64,000 nt of DNA from Sphyrna mokarran (Eukaryota): NCBI GenBank assembly GCA_024679065.1, contig JAGIQG010000028.1:10230001-10294000 (forward strand), read 5' to 3'. Under the pieces are notes generated by a model that was not told the DNA's origin, did no database searches, and was given only the letters and a program-made list of their open reading frames with translations. This document shows, piece by piece, positions 12,077 through 24,885 of the stretch; positions within the stretch are counted from its first letter, which is position 1, and each line of letters begins with the position of its first letter. Made by a program: the position numbers and the translations under genes.

Positions 12077-12284
12077 ATAGAATCATAGAATCCTAAATGC
12101 ATAACGAGGCCATGTGGCCCATCAGGTCTGCACCGACCACAATCCTACCCAGGCCCTATCCCCAAAACACCTAGCTAGTCTCTAGGGTCAGTTTAGCATG
12201 GCCAATCCACCTAACCCGCACATCTTTGAACTGTGGGAGAAAACCGGAGCACTCAGAGAAAACCCATGCAGACATGGAGAGAAT
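12077..12284 (-). mobile_element. HE1 SINE (head missing)
   Basis: Reverse complement of the (GATTCTAT)n tail and core TTTAGCATGGCCAATCCACCTAACC..CATCTTTG..TGTGGGAG.AAACCGGAGCAC. Confidence 0.9.
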
Positions 12285-12383
12285 CATAGAAACCCTACAG
12301 TGCAGAAAGAAGCCATTAGGCCCATCGAGTCCGCACCGACCACAATCCCACCGAGGCCCTATGCCCATATCCCTATATTTACC
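12281..12383 (-). mobile_element. Second HE1 SINE tail fragment, in tandem
   Basis: GAATCATAGAAACCCTACAGTGCAGAAAGAAGCCATTAGGCCCATCGAGTC.GCACCGACCACAATCCCACC repeats the tail seen at 12077-12160. Confidence 0.85.
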
Positions 12384-13204
12384 CGCAGGCAAGGATGGAG
12401 AATTTGAAGCTCAGCCAAATCTCCATTCGTTGCAGTGGGACCAGCAAATTTTGACATTTAAATAGCCAGAAAATTCCAGCCAACATCTTTCCCTATATGT
12501 GCCCTTCTGATTTGTATTGTATCTCGCTGTTGAATCTGTTTTCCTTCAAAGCTCTGAGCATAGCATTGCTCAATTTCAGAGCTCCTTTCCTTAGGTAAGA
12601 GTTTTCTTTCACGTTTTCAGGAAAGATCTTTTAGTATAGTTTGAATGTGGTGATGTTACTCCATGCTCCAGTATCAAGCTTTCAGATTTATGATTTTGGG
12701 TTTATTTCTCAATCGTTCCCTAATCTGGGTTATGTGGATTTATGTTCTCTGGGATTTGTCATCCCAAGCCATTCCATATGGTTTTTGTGTCTGTTGTGTC
12801 CTCAAGCTCATCATTATCTTCTAGTGTATGGATGTCTTGATTTTTTTTTTGCTTCTTATTTCCCTGTTGCACTCTCTCTTTGATAACTCATTTACCATCT
12901 TCTTTCTCAGTTCTGCGTGCTATTTCTCAGCGATTTGACTTTCGACAAACTCAGCAGTTTGATCCATGTGTGGAACATTTCTTTCTTTCTGTGACCATCC
13001 ACAGCTTTTGCACAGATTTCTCTTTGTCTGATGTATACTTTGTCACTGTTTCATTACATCATCGTTAACTGAAAGCTAGTCAATTCCATGTCTTCATCTG
13101 TCTACTCATGGCTTGCGCTGGCGTTGCCTACCACCTGTGACATTGTTATCTAGCAGCCAGTCTGTGTTTTTGAATTTACATTTTTTGCCTGTAATTTTAA
13201 AAAC

Positions 13205-13490
13205 GTATTCATTCATAAGATGTGGTTGTCATTGGCTAGATCAGCATTTATTGCTCATCCCAAATTGCCTTTGAAAAGATGGTTGTGAGCCACCTTCTTG
13301 AACCACTACAATTCATGTGCTGCAGGAACATTCATTATGCTGTTGGGAAGGGGGGGTCCATGATTTTGACCCATGCAACCATGAAGAAACAGCCGCATAG
13401 TTCAAAATCAGGGTCAGATGTGATTTGGTGGAAATCTTGCATATACTAGTGTTCCCATGCATCTGCTGCCTTGATCCTTCTTTCAGTCTT
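13205..13490 (-). mobile_element. Old CR1-superfamily LINE 3' end (second family)
   Basis: CAGCATTTATTGCTCATCCC..GATGGTTGTGAGCCACCTTCTTGAACCAC; homologous to 16500-16795 and 38655-38770. Confidence 0.75.
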
Positions 13491-16139
13491 GTCATGAAAT
13501 TGTCCATAGGCTCACCTGATCTCTGTCTCAGACCTTGAAATTCATATTGGTGGACCTAATGATTTGACTTCGGCTGGGCATTTTGCTGAATTTTTCAAAC
13601 GTTTTGTCTAGGTTTGTGCTAGTAAATTCACTCAGCTCCCAATTATTAAGTATATTTTAAACATTTCTCTCCTGCCCACAAAAGAATGTAACTGACTTTT
13701 TTTTCTTTTCAGTAAGCTACTGAATTGCAAAACTTTTTGTTTGAACTTTCCAGATACCCCTCATGAGCCTCCGAATTCATCATGACCTAGTATTTATTAG
13801 TGTAGTGGCAATATTGTTTTTGCATTATTCATTAAGTGTCAGAGAGAGAAAAGCTAATTTGAGTTGATTTTTTAAATCTAATTCAGCATTAAGTTAAAAA
13901 TGTTTGGGTTTTTACTCACAGATAACAGCAGGTTATGTCACCTCGTTTTCATAAATTAGAAATAATCACATTTTAACTCAAAATACTGGACTTCATTTAA
14001 CTTCCCAAGTGGCTGGCAGGCTGATAAACTGATAAATTGTTACTTAGCACACAACCTCAGTGCAGCAACAAATGTGACGCTTGAATTATGTATTCACATA
14101 CCAATGAGTCCCTCACTCTTTAGTATAATGGAGCAATATAACAAATTGTGTGTGGCATGGTCTTGTCTACAGTTGGCCACATAACTTTCAATTAAACTGA
14201 TTTATAACTTGAGTAGTCTTACATGATTAGGAGTGCTTCAGTGCTTCACAGACCAGTTTTCTTAGCCAGTGCTCTCTGATTTTGATGAGGAACACCGGGC
14301 AACAAAATTAACAAAGTTAATTCCTCTTGGATTTCCAATTAAGCTTGTCCTTGCTCATTTTCCAATTGAAACTTGTGGCATACAAATCCTCTCTTAATAC
14401 AACAGGAGTTTTTTTGCTATATTGTAAGGGAATTGTGAAGCACACTGCTCTATTTTCTAGATGCAAAGTTCCCATCATGCTCAGAAACCTATCAAGAAGG
14501 AGACCTTGGCTAGATTTTTGGGCAGGAGTGCCTTAAGAATGTTAAAAATTAGTGTTTTCTGGAAGATTTTTTTCTCATGACACTAAGATATTCATGAATC
14601 TTCTGGTAGTTGTTAATTTTTGTCTTCAGGTTTTCTTTGTTGGTCAATTTGTCAGTGGGATCTGCTGCATTGATGTCAGAGAAAAGGAAGGCATGTGCAA
14701 CAGAATACAAGGTAGATCATGGAATTCTAGAGTCCCTGCACCCTCTTGTCATCTCTCTTCACATCCGTAGAGTGAGATAAAGTTACTTATTTCAGTAAAT
14801 GTTACTTGCAGCAATCTTGCAGAATAGGTCTGATAGATGTAAGGACAATTAACATCAGATAGTGTCTGAATCTTAGATGTATCACCTTTCAGAGGTGTTG
14901 AAATCTGATCAATGGGAATGGCATTGTGAAATCACAGAGAGGGCAATTCTCCTTACAACGAGTTCATGCAGCTTTTTCGTGTTTGCATCTCTTCCATTTG
15001 CTTGTAGACCTATGCCTACACAAATGAGAGTAAAGTTGATTGCACTTACTGCCATGGTTCTGATTTCTGTTTCTAATATGTATAGGTTATTAATCCATGA
15101 TTTATAAAGGGATAAATATAGCCATGAATTTGGGTTTTTGGACGGTTCTGTCCTTGTACATGTTAATTTTATTTCTTCAAATCAGAACCTGACTAAAATG
15201 TGATCTCAAAGGTTTTGAAGGAATGCTTCAGGTGATATTTTTGCTTCAACCACATTGCCCTTCATGTACCAAATTTGATATTGGAAGATTTTACAGTTAT
15301 AATTCTGATGATTTAATTCAGCTATTGCAAACATGATAATGATATTGTTCTCCCATCCCCAGTACCATTTTTGCAAATTCCTTCTGCAATCTCCACAAAT
15401 CCTTGGAAATCCTTCTTAAATGTGGTGTCTAGAATTGGAAGCAGCACTCTGGCTGAGCTCACTGTTTGTTAATTTACTTTCTTCCTTTTTGTGCCTTATA
15501 CCGTTGCTTGGCTGAAGCATAATTAGAACAGCAAAAGCAAAACTGATCATTAAGAGAATTATTTGTTTGACAAAGGCAGTCCAGATAAATTCATTGTTAA
15601 CTTAATATTTCTAATCTTGAACTCGGATTTAATTTGCAATTTGGACTATTTTAATAGTCCAAATATTTAAATATTATTGCTACTGTCATGTATTCTTAAT
15701 TGGGAAATATTTAATTAGTTATGCACATATTTTAATAATCAAACACATCCCATTATTTTACTTGTTTTCTTTTAAAAAGAAATTCTCATGTAATTCAAGA
15801 TAGCTCCTCTCCCAGTTTTATACTCAATTCAGTAAATAAATAAATGTTATCAAAGCGCAATTTTCAAACGGAGTAATATTGACCCCCTTAACTTTACTGA
15901 AATGCAACAGTCAAGTGCTAATATATCCATTTATTTCATTCACAGACGAAAAGTAACTGGTTTAAGTAAACATTAAACTTTTGCTGTCCTTATTTGTTCG
16001 ACAAATAGAGCAACTCTTTTTAGAAAACATGCAATAACAAAGAAATATTCATATATACATAAATATACCCACTTAGGATCATAACTGTGCAATGTCTCGT
16101 CATTTTTTTTGCACCTGATGATCAATAATTAAGTGAAAA

Positions 16140-16795
16140 TTCTTCTTCAAGGCGCTCTTCACCACTGATGCACAGTAGCAGCAGTGTGTACCATCTGCAA
16201 GATGAATCATAGAATTCCTACGGTCTACACCGATCACAATCCCACCCAGAGACTATTCCCGTAACTCCACATATTTACCCAATAATCCCCTGATACAGTG
16301 GTCAATTTAGTATGGTAATTTAACCCGACCTGCACATCCTTGTACTCCAGGAGGAAATCAGGGCACCCTGAGGAAACTCATGCCAGCATAGGGATAACTT
16401 GCAAACTCCACACAGACAGTGGCTGGAATTGAACCAAGGTTCCTGGCACTGTGAGGTAGCAGTACTAACCACTGTGGTACTGTGCTGTGCCAAATACATT
16501 GCAGAGACTGACGAAGGCTTCTTAAACAGCACCTTACAAGCCCACAACCATTACCAACTAGAAGGACAAGGCAATAGATATCTCAGCACATCACCACCTG
16601 GAAGTTCCCTTCCAAGGCACCACCATCCTAACTGGGCATGAGTTAAGATCCTGGCATTCCCTTCCTAACAGCACAGGATGTACCTATACTAGTGATTCAA
16701 GAAGACAGTTCACTACCACCTTCTCAAGGGCAATTTAAATTAAGCATGGGCAATAAATGCTGGCCTAGGCGGTGGAGCCCAGAGCCCATGAATGT
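16140..16795 (+). mobile_element. Old CR1-superfamily LINE 3' end (second family), interrupted by an HE1 SINE
   Basis: CACAGTAGCAGCAGTGTGTACCATCTGCAAGATG, then the SINE, then CTAGAAGGACAAGG..GGGCAATAAATGCTGGCC; the halves are colinear with the reverse complement of 38660-38880. Confidence 0.75.
16204..16492 (-). mobile_element. HE1 SINE nested in an older LINE
   Basis: Tail GAATCATAGAA; head reverse complement GAATTGAACC..CCTGGCACTGTGAGGTAGCAGTACTAACCACTGTG. Confidence 0.88.
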
Positions 16796-18534
16796 TTGTT
16801 TTAAACTACAGTATGGCTGATATGCCAATGTTGATATTATCATACCTTATTAATCTAGAAACCTGCTGGAATTGATAACTAGACATTGAAATTTTAAAAT
16901 CTACAATGTAGCTGCAAGAAGTGTCAGACTTTTTTGGAATTGCATCCTCTCTGCCATATCGGTGATTGTGTTCTTTCACTCAAACATTAAAAATGTATTT
17001 TTTAAACAACGTTTTTGGTAGCTTGCAAGTTGTGAAAATAGTGCTATCTTACTTGTACTGGAAGGGGACTGTGATGCAAAAGAGGTAAATGTTATTTTAA
17101 TTAACATTTTAGGGTCATCTGCATAGTACAGTCTACAAATTTATTAAATTGTGAAATGATTGGTAAGGCTCTGTGTTTGTGATTCTCTGGGTACAAAATT
17201 CTGGAAGTCAGTCAGGAGTGATGTGAGGATTGGGGAGAATTATCTGTGTTGCTATCATGCAAATCAGATTGGTCACAGGGGAGCACATGCAGGAATTGGG
17301 ATTTGGTTGCCTTGTTTGCCTTGAATGGAACCCTGTGTTACTAGGGGGGAACAAGTTTACAAAAATGAAGCAAGTTACTGACGCTGGGATGGGATGGTGA
17401 TGGTTGGTAAGTCAACAAAGCACTTGCAGTCCTGAATCCAAATAAGATGCACATATTTTTATATGCTAGCTGTTTCATAAATATGATAGTTTGGATTGAA
17501 AGGTTTCAATTGGATTGCAGTCAGAGCCATTGTAATTAAAAGCATAATGGAAAAGATTGTTATTTTTGTTAGTTCATCACACCTGGAAGCCTCTGGCAGC
17601 ATTGTGACATTTTTGGGTCCTTGTGAGACCAATTATTAAAGGTGAAGTCATACTGAGTACAATGTGTGTTGCTAAGAGTGGGAATTACTGTAATGAACCA
17701 AAGCCCTGGACAGGGAGTCCTGCTCAGGAAGCACACGTCAGATGTTCAATCATGAAGTAGGAGGAAAATTAACATCACATGAAATCTTTGAAAACCTCCT
17801 GTGTTTTGTTTTAATTTCCTTGAGGGCATATTCAAGGACTACTCCACTTTTTGTCTAAAATAGATATTTTTACATTTTGTTATTTCCTTATTTTTGGAAG
17901 TCTTGTAGTTAGAAAGCTGAAATGTGGTGTAGAGGATCTGTATTGATGCCTTTTGAGCATTCTGTTTTTATAATGCTGTGATGTAGGATTTTGCCCACAA
18001 ATCGCCAATGCAGAGAAGTCCTGATCCTGGTTATGCCACTGGGGGTGTTTTATTTGGCAAAAGACTTTTGATTCTATCACAAAATACTGGTACACTACAT
18101 CAAGCAATAAGATGTTATATTGAGTGTGCTGTGATTGCTGCCTACAGATATATTTGACTGACATGATTGTGGTCCATCTTGCTTGTGTGTTACTAATGTC
18201 GTCTGACTTTATTGACAATTGTATACTTGCCTCAGTTTCACTGCACTATAAATGGCTGAGCTGGCAATGTACTAAGCTTGCCCTATGATTTATTATACAG
18301 TTGCCTGGAAACTACAAGAAATGCGTCATCTTGAATGTATTTCTTCCACACTTTAGCTTTTTGGTCAATCTAACCACTTAAAGACAACTGTAAGGGATAA
18401 ATCTTTGGGACCAGTATCATAAGTTTCATCCTATTATAGAATCTCAGAGAACTTCTGATAGTTGTGTTGTAATATTTAAACAGCTGCACTTGTCAAATTT
18501 AAAAAGGCACTTTGTTTGGTGCCAAGATAACAGA

Positions 18535-18760
18535 GATAACTCTGAGGATCATCTTTGAAATAATGCTGGGGATCTTTCACATTCACTCAGTCAGAAAACA
18601 GGGTCTTAGTTTAATGTTTCATCTGAAAGATGGCACCTCTAGACAGTGCAGCAATTCACCAATACTTCACTGAATGAAGTGTCAGCCTTTATTCATGTGG
18701 CTAAGCCCTGGAGTGGGACTTGAACTCAGAATATTGTGACTTATGGCTGAGCCATGCTAA
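18535..18760 (-). mobile_element. DeuSINE-like (SacSINE1-type) ancient SINE, 5' part
   Basis: GTTTAATGTTTCATCTGAAAGATGGCACCTC..GACAGTGCAGCA..CTGGAGTGGGACTTGAACTC (reverse complement of B box). Confidence 0.7.
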
Positions 18761-19471
18761 CATTGAAACAATCCTTTTTAAAGATCTTTAAATATAAAAC
18801 TAACTTACAAAATAGTTTGTCTCTCATCCATAGAAGTGTAGCTGATCAATTTAATAATATGTAATATCATTCTAAAACAAGTAAAGTCAATTAAAGATAT
18901 TACAGCTTTGACCCTCTTCCATCAAATCCACAATGTATTGACAAAATAGACACTGTATTTCCAAATATTTTTGGAAGTACTCCATTAATAATCTTTAAGA
19001 AATAAATTCCATTAATGTACATTTGATATTGCACATAGTACATGGAAAAATAAAAACATATTTTCACCACTGTTTCGGGAAAAGTATATATAATTTTAAA
19101 TGTGTACATCGCTTAGAAAACCAGCAACAAACCCCACAGTAAACAGTGTAGTGGATATTTGAGCAGGGACTAATGAGCTGTAGTACTTCACTGTTCAAGT
19201 ATTGTTCGTTCTGCACTTATTTATTTTGCCTTTTGTTTGTCTGTTTTCTTCTTCACTATCATTTTAGTCAGTAGGGTGAAGTGTTTAGCCCATGAGTATC
19301 TCTATGGAGTACATTTGTGTTGCCTTTTGATTGTCTAGTGAGAAGTTATGTCCTTTTAATGTAAATGTCTAATGGTGACAGATGATTCGTAGCAGGGCTG
19401 TAGTAGGACAGTGTGGAGAATTTTGATGTATCTTAAAATAAAGTGCTTAGTTATTTGCCTGTGAATCTAGC

Positions 19472-19549
19472 TGGTGGAACCTGCTGGGATTTGAATCCTG
19501 AATTTACAGGCCTTGAGACCAATGCCCAACCAATTGAGCTGCCAGAGAC
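19472..19549 (-). pseudogene. Decayed tRNA-derived sequence (tRNA pseudogene or isolated SINE head)
   Basis: Minus strand GTCTCTGGCAGCTCAATTGGTTGGGCATTGGTCTCAAGGCCTGTAAATTCAGGATTCAAATCCCAGCAGGTTCCACCA has A-box-like and B-box-like motifs at tRNA spacing; stems are only partly paired. Confidence 0.55.
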
Positions 19550-19744
19550 ATATTTAAGGAGAATGGAAAGAACTACATTTCCAGGCCTGGCATCCATCGT
19601 TTCCCGAAACAATCCAACTGAACACTGGCAAAATATTGATCTGTGGGGGAGAACCTGACATATGAATATTAACGAAGAGCAGTATTTAATGTTTATCCTT
19701 TCATTAAAAATGCTACTTCTTATAATTTAGGTTATATCTTTTCC

Positions 19745-19840
19745 TGGATTCTTCCACCAGAGGAAATAGTTTATTTCAATCTCACCTATTAATGTATTTT
19801 AATCATTTTAAGCACCTCATTAGATCACTCCTTAATCTTT
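19745..19840 (-). mobile_element. Old CR1 fragment
   Basis: Reverse complement of AAGATTAAGGAGTGATCT..GAGGTGCTTAAAATGATT (RLRGDLIEV.K motif). Confidence 0.65.
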
Positions 19841-20019
19841 GTGCCATGCTGTAATGAACTCTTTTTATACGAATTAGTCTTCACAAGGAAATAACACAGA
19901 ATGTTTGTGTGCCGCCTTTAAAAACCATGGCATGCTAGGCTCACTAAGGCATCTTGGAAATTGCAGCGTTTTCAGATTCGAGTGCCACGCTGGCTAACAA
20001 GGTTTATATTTTGTTGAGT

Positions 20020-20572
20020 GTGAAAGATTAAGGAGTGATCTATTTGAGGTGCTTAAGATGATTAAAGGATTTGATAGCTCACCCTATCCACCTTATTACT
20101 TTTAGTGCATATGTCCAAGACTAGGTATAATCTTAAAAGTAGAGCTAGGCTGTTGGTGGTGGCACAGTGATGGCACTGCTGCTTCACAGCACTGGGGATC
20201 CGGGTTCGATTCCCAGCTTAGGTCATTGTCTGTGTGGAATATGCATGTTCTCCCCATGTCTGCACGGGTTTCCTTCAGGTGCTCCGTTTCCTCCCACAGT
20301 CCGAAAGATGTGCTGGTTAGGTGCATTGGCCAAGCTAAGTTCTCCCTCAATATATCCAAATACCAGAGTGTGGCGATTAGGGGATTTTCACAGTAACTTC
20401 ATTGCAATGTTTATGTAAGCCTACTTGTGACAAATAAATAAACTTTAATTTTTCGGGTTCATGTTATTGAAGTGCTTTTTCACACAAAAGATAGTGGGAA
20501 TCTCTAAACTTGCTCTCTGAAAAGCTATTGAAGCTGGATCAATTGAAAATTTAAAAACTAATGAGATCTATG
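20020..20572 (+). mobile_element. Old CR1 3' fragment interrupted by a V-SINE
   Basis: RLRSDLFEVLKMIKGFD remnant at 20025-20075, resuming after 20450 with TTTTTCACACAAAAGATAGTG (FFTQ..V). Confidence 0.7.
20155..20447 (+). mobile_element. V-SINE with alternative tail
   Basis: B box GGTTCGATTCC, V core, and tail GGGGATTTTCACAGTAACTTCATTGCA..GTAAGCCTACTTGTGACAAATAAATAAAC. Confidence 0.9.
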
Positions 20573-21024
20573 TTGATGTTGGAAATGGCTTGAGTGCTGA
20601 AGGACCTATTCCTATTCCTAACTGGGAAAGTTTTTGCGGAGAAGAAAGATTCCTTAGTGGTAAATGGGGAGTTATAGCTGAGTATCTGACTTCTGTAAAT
20701 GTTCCAGCAAATTTCCACTTTCCATTTACGTATGGGTGGGAGTGAAAGCTTCTGGGTTCACTCAGTTGCAAAATTGGATTTTATAGCTTTGCTTGCTGTG
20801 AAACTGTAAAATCTCACCCATTGTCCGCCCCTTGCCTGCTCTGATTCCTGTGCAGGTGTGGAGTAGTAAGATTCCAATGCCTGTACCTATGTACTAAATC
20901 TAAAAAACCTTTTAGAGGCCACAAACATGATTTTAGTAACTGGTATTGGATGGATTTTAAAAAAAAGGATGATTTTCCCAGCTTGCTGTGCTAGGCAATT
21001 TAGTGGGCTCCGTGAGTCTCTAGG

Positions 21025-21970
21025 CACTGGATTCTCTGTGCCGTCAGCTCCGTGTTGATTTCTGGCGCAGAGCTGTATAAATTATGTAAATTCTTATTTA
21101 CATACAACTTGATTTCCCATTAGTGGGTCCGGGACTGAAATCTCCGTGCCCGTGAGCCTCTCTGTCCCCCGCCAGGAGCATTTCACTCCAGCGGGTTTAC
21201 AACGGCTTTTCAATGCAAGGAGCTGGTGCTTCAACACTGTTGGAGTGAAGGGAGGCCATTGAGGCCTCCGAGAATGTCTGGGGCAAGGGGGTGTCTCTGG
21301 TATTGCCAGCTTGGTAATGCCAATCTGTCCCTCTGGCACTGTCCAAGGGGTGACATGGCAATATCCAGACGCCAATCTTTACACTTCTACCAGACTTCGA
21401 ACAGTGCCAAGGGGGAATGGGCCTAATTGAGGTGGGGCCTCGGGGGCTGGGCCTCTGGGAAGACGATTTGGGGGGGGGGTAGGCTGTCCCGCTGCCATTC
21501 TGATCAGCTACAGAAGGACGGAAACCTGTGGTCAGGCTGGACATCCGGGTTGGGGGTCAGCCTGTTGGGGAAGGGGGGAAGTTGGAAGTCAGGGCTGCCA
21601 GTTGGGATTGGGAGATTGGGACTAATGAGATGGGTGGGGTGGGAATGAGCCTGGGTAGAGCGAGTCTGACTCGGATATATGCGGGTGGCCAGTGTATGGG
21701 CCATGGGAGGGTGGTCGGAGGGGCAGCGATGCTGGTGTTGTGGGGCTGGCCTGTGATCGGGAGGCTGGTAGAGTAGGATCAGTGTACATGTGCCAATATG
21801 CTGCCGGCCTCTCCAGTAGGAATAGGTCCCATCCACCGATTCTTCGTGTGAATCACACACAGTGTGTGGGAGATTCATTTTGAAAATCCTGCTTAAAAAT
21901 AAAGTGGAATTTACTCCAATTTTCATGCAAATTCGACACTTAAAATATTTTTGGGAGGATCCCCCCCCCC
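21025..21970. mobile_element. GC-rich non-autonomous DNA-transposon-like element
   Basis: Sharp GC/CpG-rich block with termini CTGGATTCTC and GGGAGGATCCC (inverted) and a G-rich core. Confidence 0.6.
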
Positions 21971-23789
21971 CCATACTTTTTCTCCTAAGGGGTTACAAGA
22001 CCTAAGCAGAACCTATTGCTAGTACTGTACACTGATAGCAGTATTCAGCATTATATATATGAACCAAGAGGGGCTTTAGAAGCTTTAGTCACCTTAATGG
22101 TTATTTGGAGGACAGACAAAAATAATTTTGAAATGCATTTCTACTTGGAAAGTTTTGACTACTTGGCTAATGAATTCATGCTTCTTTTTCGAACTCTGAA
22201 ATGGGCTGTGACGTGCCATTTACTTTTTTTCTGGTATTTCAATGGTTAATTTAATATGACTGTATGCACCTGTAACTATCCTCCACCCTTTGGGTTCCTG
22301 CCAATAGCGGAGGGTTTAGGACACAGTGTGAAGGTGACCAGTGTGGGTATACCAACTGCACATTCCTAAAATTAACCCAATCTAATGTGCACACTCAGAT
22401 CACCACAATGCAGGAAATAAGTAAAATGCTTTTAGCTTCTATTTGTGCATCGCTGGCTGTAGCTAAGACACTATCGTTTTAACAGTGCCTAGATATGCTA
22501 ATTGACTATTTTTAAATGCTGTGACAAAAATCTCATCCTGATCCAAGTACTTGACAAACTAGTTGTGCTGGGGTTTAACTGTATGTGCATTGTATTGTTT
22601 TCATGACCTAAGACCGACAATGGGTGCTGCTTATCTCGCATTAAGGATCATATTACAAACACACCTATTTCGCATTTTTCTGTTAACGTATTTGTGAATG
22701 TCAGCAGATCTCAGTTTCTGTACCTCAAATCATATAATTAGGAAACAGCCTGAGGTGATTGACTTCAGACTATGGAAAGACAGATGTTGAAATCTGCACT
22801 ACTTTGGAGCAAAGTTAAATGTTGCATACATAGGTGTGACGAGTTTAAAATCAGTTAGTAGGTGTGTTGCTTTGTTAACAATTCAAATTTTTTTACTATC
22901 TCCTGTTGATCTTCTCAACGTCTGTCAAATGTGAACTTGCTGTTCAGTTACGGAACCGTTCCAACGGTGTGTTGAAACTACATAATGAAACTAACTCAAA
23001 ATGTAGATTGTTTTGAAGTATAATTTATTTTACTCTGGATGTTAATAGAATAATTTTTTAATAAAAAATAAGTAATCTAAAAAAAGAGAAAATCTGAAGA
23101 GCAGCAATATTCTTTTTGAAGTGACCATGAAGGCTGGTACCTGCTTATTGTTTAGATGCTAATAAATTGACGATTAAACACTGAGCAAGAAATGAATTTA
23201 TCTGTGGGGTGGAAAGATAGATGTTTAAAACTCTAAGCAAACGTGCTATGTTTACTATTTATACCATAGTTTTGATCAGTTAACTGTAAGAAGAACTTAA
23301 CTGTGTGGATTGTTATAATAATGATGTGATTATAATTAAACCAACTAAGTGTTTTAATACAGGGAGTGCTGCTATTTGAGGGAATTTTAGATGCTGTTCT
23401 GGGCAATGACAAGATACTTTATTAGTTAAGATGTGTGATGCTTTTGATGAACATAGAGAAATGTTCGAGGTGTCCCCAAGGGGAAGAGACAGTGTTCGTT
23501 TGCTTGAGGATTAAGGCTTAGTGAAGTATCGGAGAGAGACTGTGGAGTAGACATCTAAGTACTTTCAAAAAAAAATGCAGAGTAAATTGTCTGTGAATTG
23601 CTTGCATTGGAATTGTCTAGGATTATATGCCCTGGTCGGAATTTGAAAGCCTTTTAAAGACTTGGAGTGTTTCAGCTTTTTGCATTAGGATTTACGACTG
23701 ATTTTTCTTTTACATTTGCTTAGCAAGTAAACCATGAAAAACCTATAACAAAGATCTGTGAGGCTTGCTGGGATCTCCTGAGATTGGAT

Positions 23790-24885
23790 CAAAGTATTTT
23801 TGAAATGCTATCACTGTTGAAATGTGTTAGCCAATTTATGCACATCTAAGTCCCACAAATAGCAATGTAATTACAATAAGGTAAATTCTTTGTGATGTTG
23901 GTTTGACGATAAATATTGACCAGGGCACTGGCAAGAACTCCTCTGCCCTTTTCTGAAATCATTGGATTCTTGCATCTGCTTGAAAAGGTAAAGGAGACCT
24001 TGATCTAATGTATCTCAGATTGTTTAGGCACCATTTTCCTAGTATGCCCTGATTTGCTGCCCAACTGGGAGGCTCCTGCCACCCCGCCCCCAAGAATATC
24101 GGATACTCCTCCACTGATCATTGTATCATTAGTAGCAGGTTCTTTCCCCTCCCCCCACCCAACACTGACACAGCTTGCCAACATCGAGGCATCAGGAGCT
24201 TCCTGATGGATTTGCTGGTGGATCTCCTACATGACTTCCCTTGTCATGATCCCCTTTGCAGTCCAACTACACAACACCCTCTGCATGACCCTGTCCTCCT
24301 GTCATAGCCCTTCCTGTCATATCCCCCATGCAACCCCAGCCCCATGGCACTGCTCCTGGCTCACTTACAGTGCGCAGCTGACATGCCAGGTTGGCACTAC
24401 CTGGCCATGTCCCTGACCCCCTGAAGACTTTAGTGTCCTCCGATCTCCTTGGTGTGGCCATGGCGCCTTGTCTGTACTGTTGGAAACCAGTTCCGTTTTA
24501 TGCTCAGCAGAGAGATGGGAAGCATCTGGGAGGGGAAAGCAGCCATGCCGAGCTCGCTAATGATATTGAAATCGAGTCAATCTCATGTGAACAAATTTCA
24601 CACTCCTTCTGGACGTGAAGTTGTTGGTTTCGTTCAAAAGGGTACGGGAAGGTAGCAAACCATTTTGTGCCATGTGAATTAGATTTTGTGCTTCGCATCC
24701 AATTTTCCTAGCTTGCTTCACTGATTGACAGATGCAGAAAGGTGGTAAGATTGTGCCCTGCAATCTTTGACAATGCAGCAAACTTAGTGCTTCACTGCAC
24801 TAACTAAATTATATGCTGCAATGTCTGGAATAGGTCTTGAACCCACAATCTTCTGACTTAGAATTGAGGGTGCTGCCCATTAAAA
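23790..24885 (-). mobile_element. DeuSINE-like SINE split by a MITE-like insertion
   Basis: Deu-like domain GCCAATTTATGCACA..TCCCACAAATAGCAATG..GATAAATATTGACCAGG at 23830-23950; the head resumes at 24760-24885 with GACAATGCAGCA..CTTGAACCCACAATCTTCTGACT. Confidence 0.65.
24027..24758. mobile_element. GC-rich MITE-like element with short terminal inverted repeats
   Basis: Left GGCACCATTTTCC vs reverse complement of right end GGGCACAATCTTACC; inserted between the two halves of the DeuSINE. Confidence 0.65.

Noticed and set aside
16112-16142. Intact hammerhead ribozyme at CTGATGA..GAAA
   Set aside because: The intervening TCAATAATTAAGT forms no credible stem II, and I found no flanking helices. 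Other CTGATGA sites (about 15304, 33930, 53590) lack a correctly placed GAAA.
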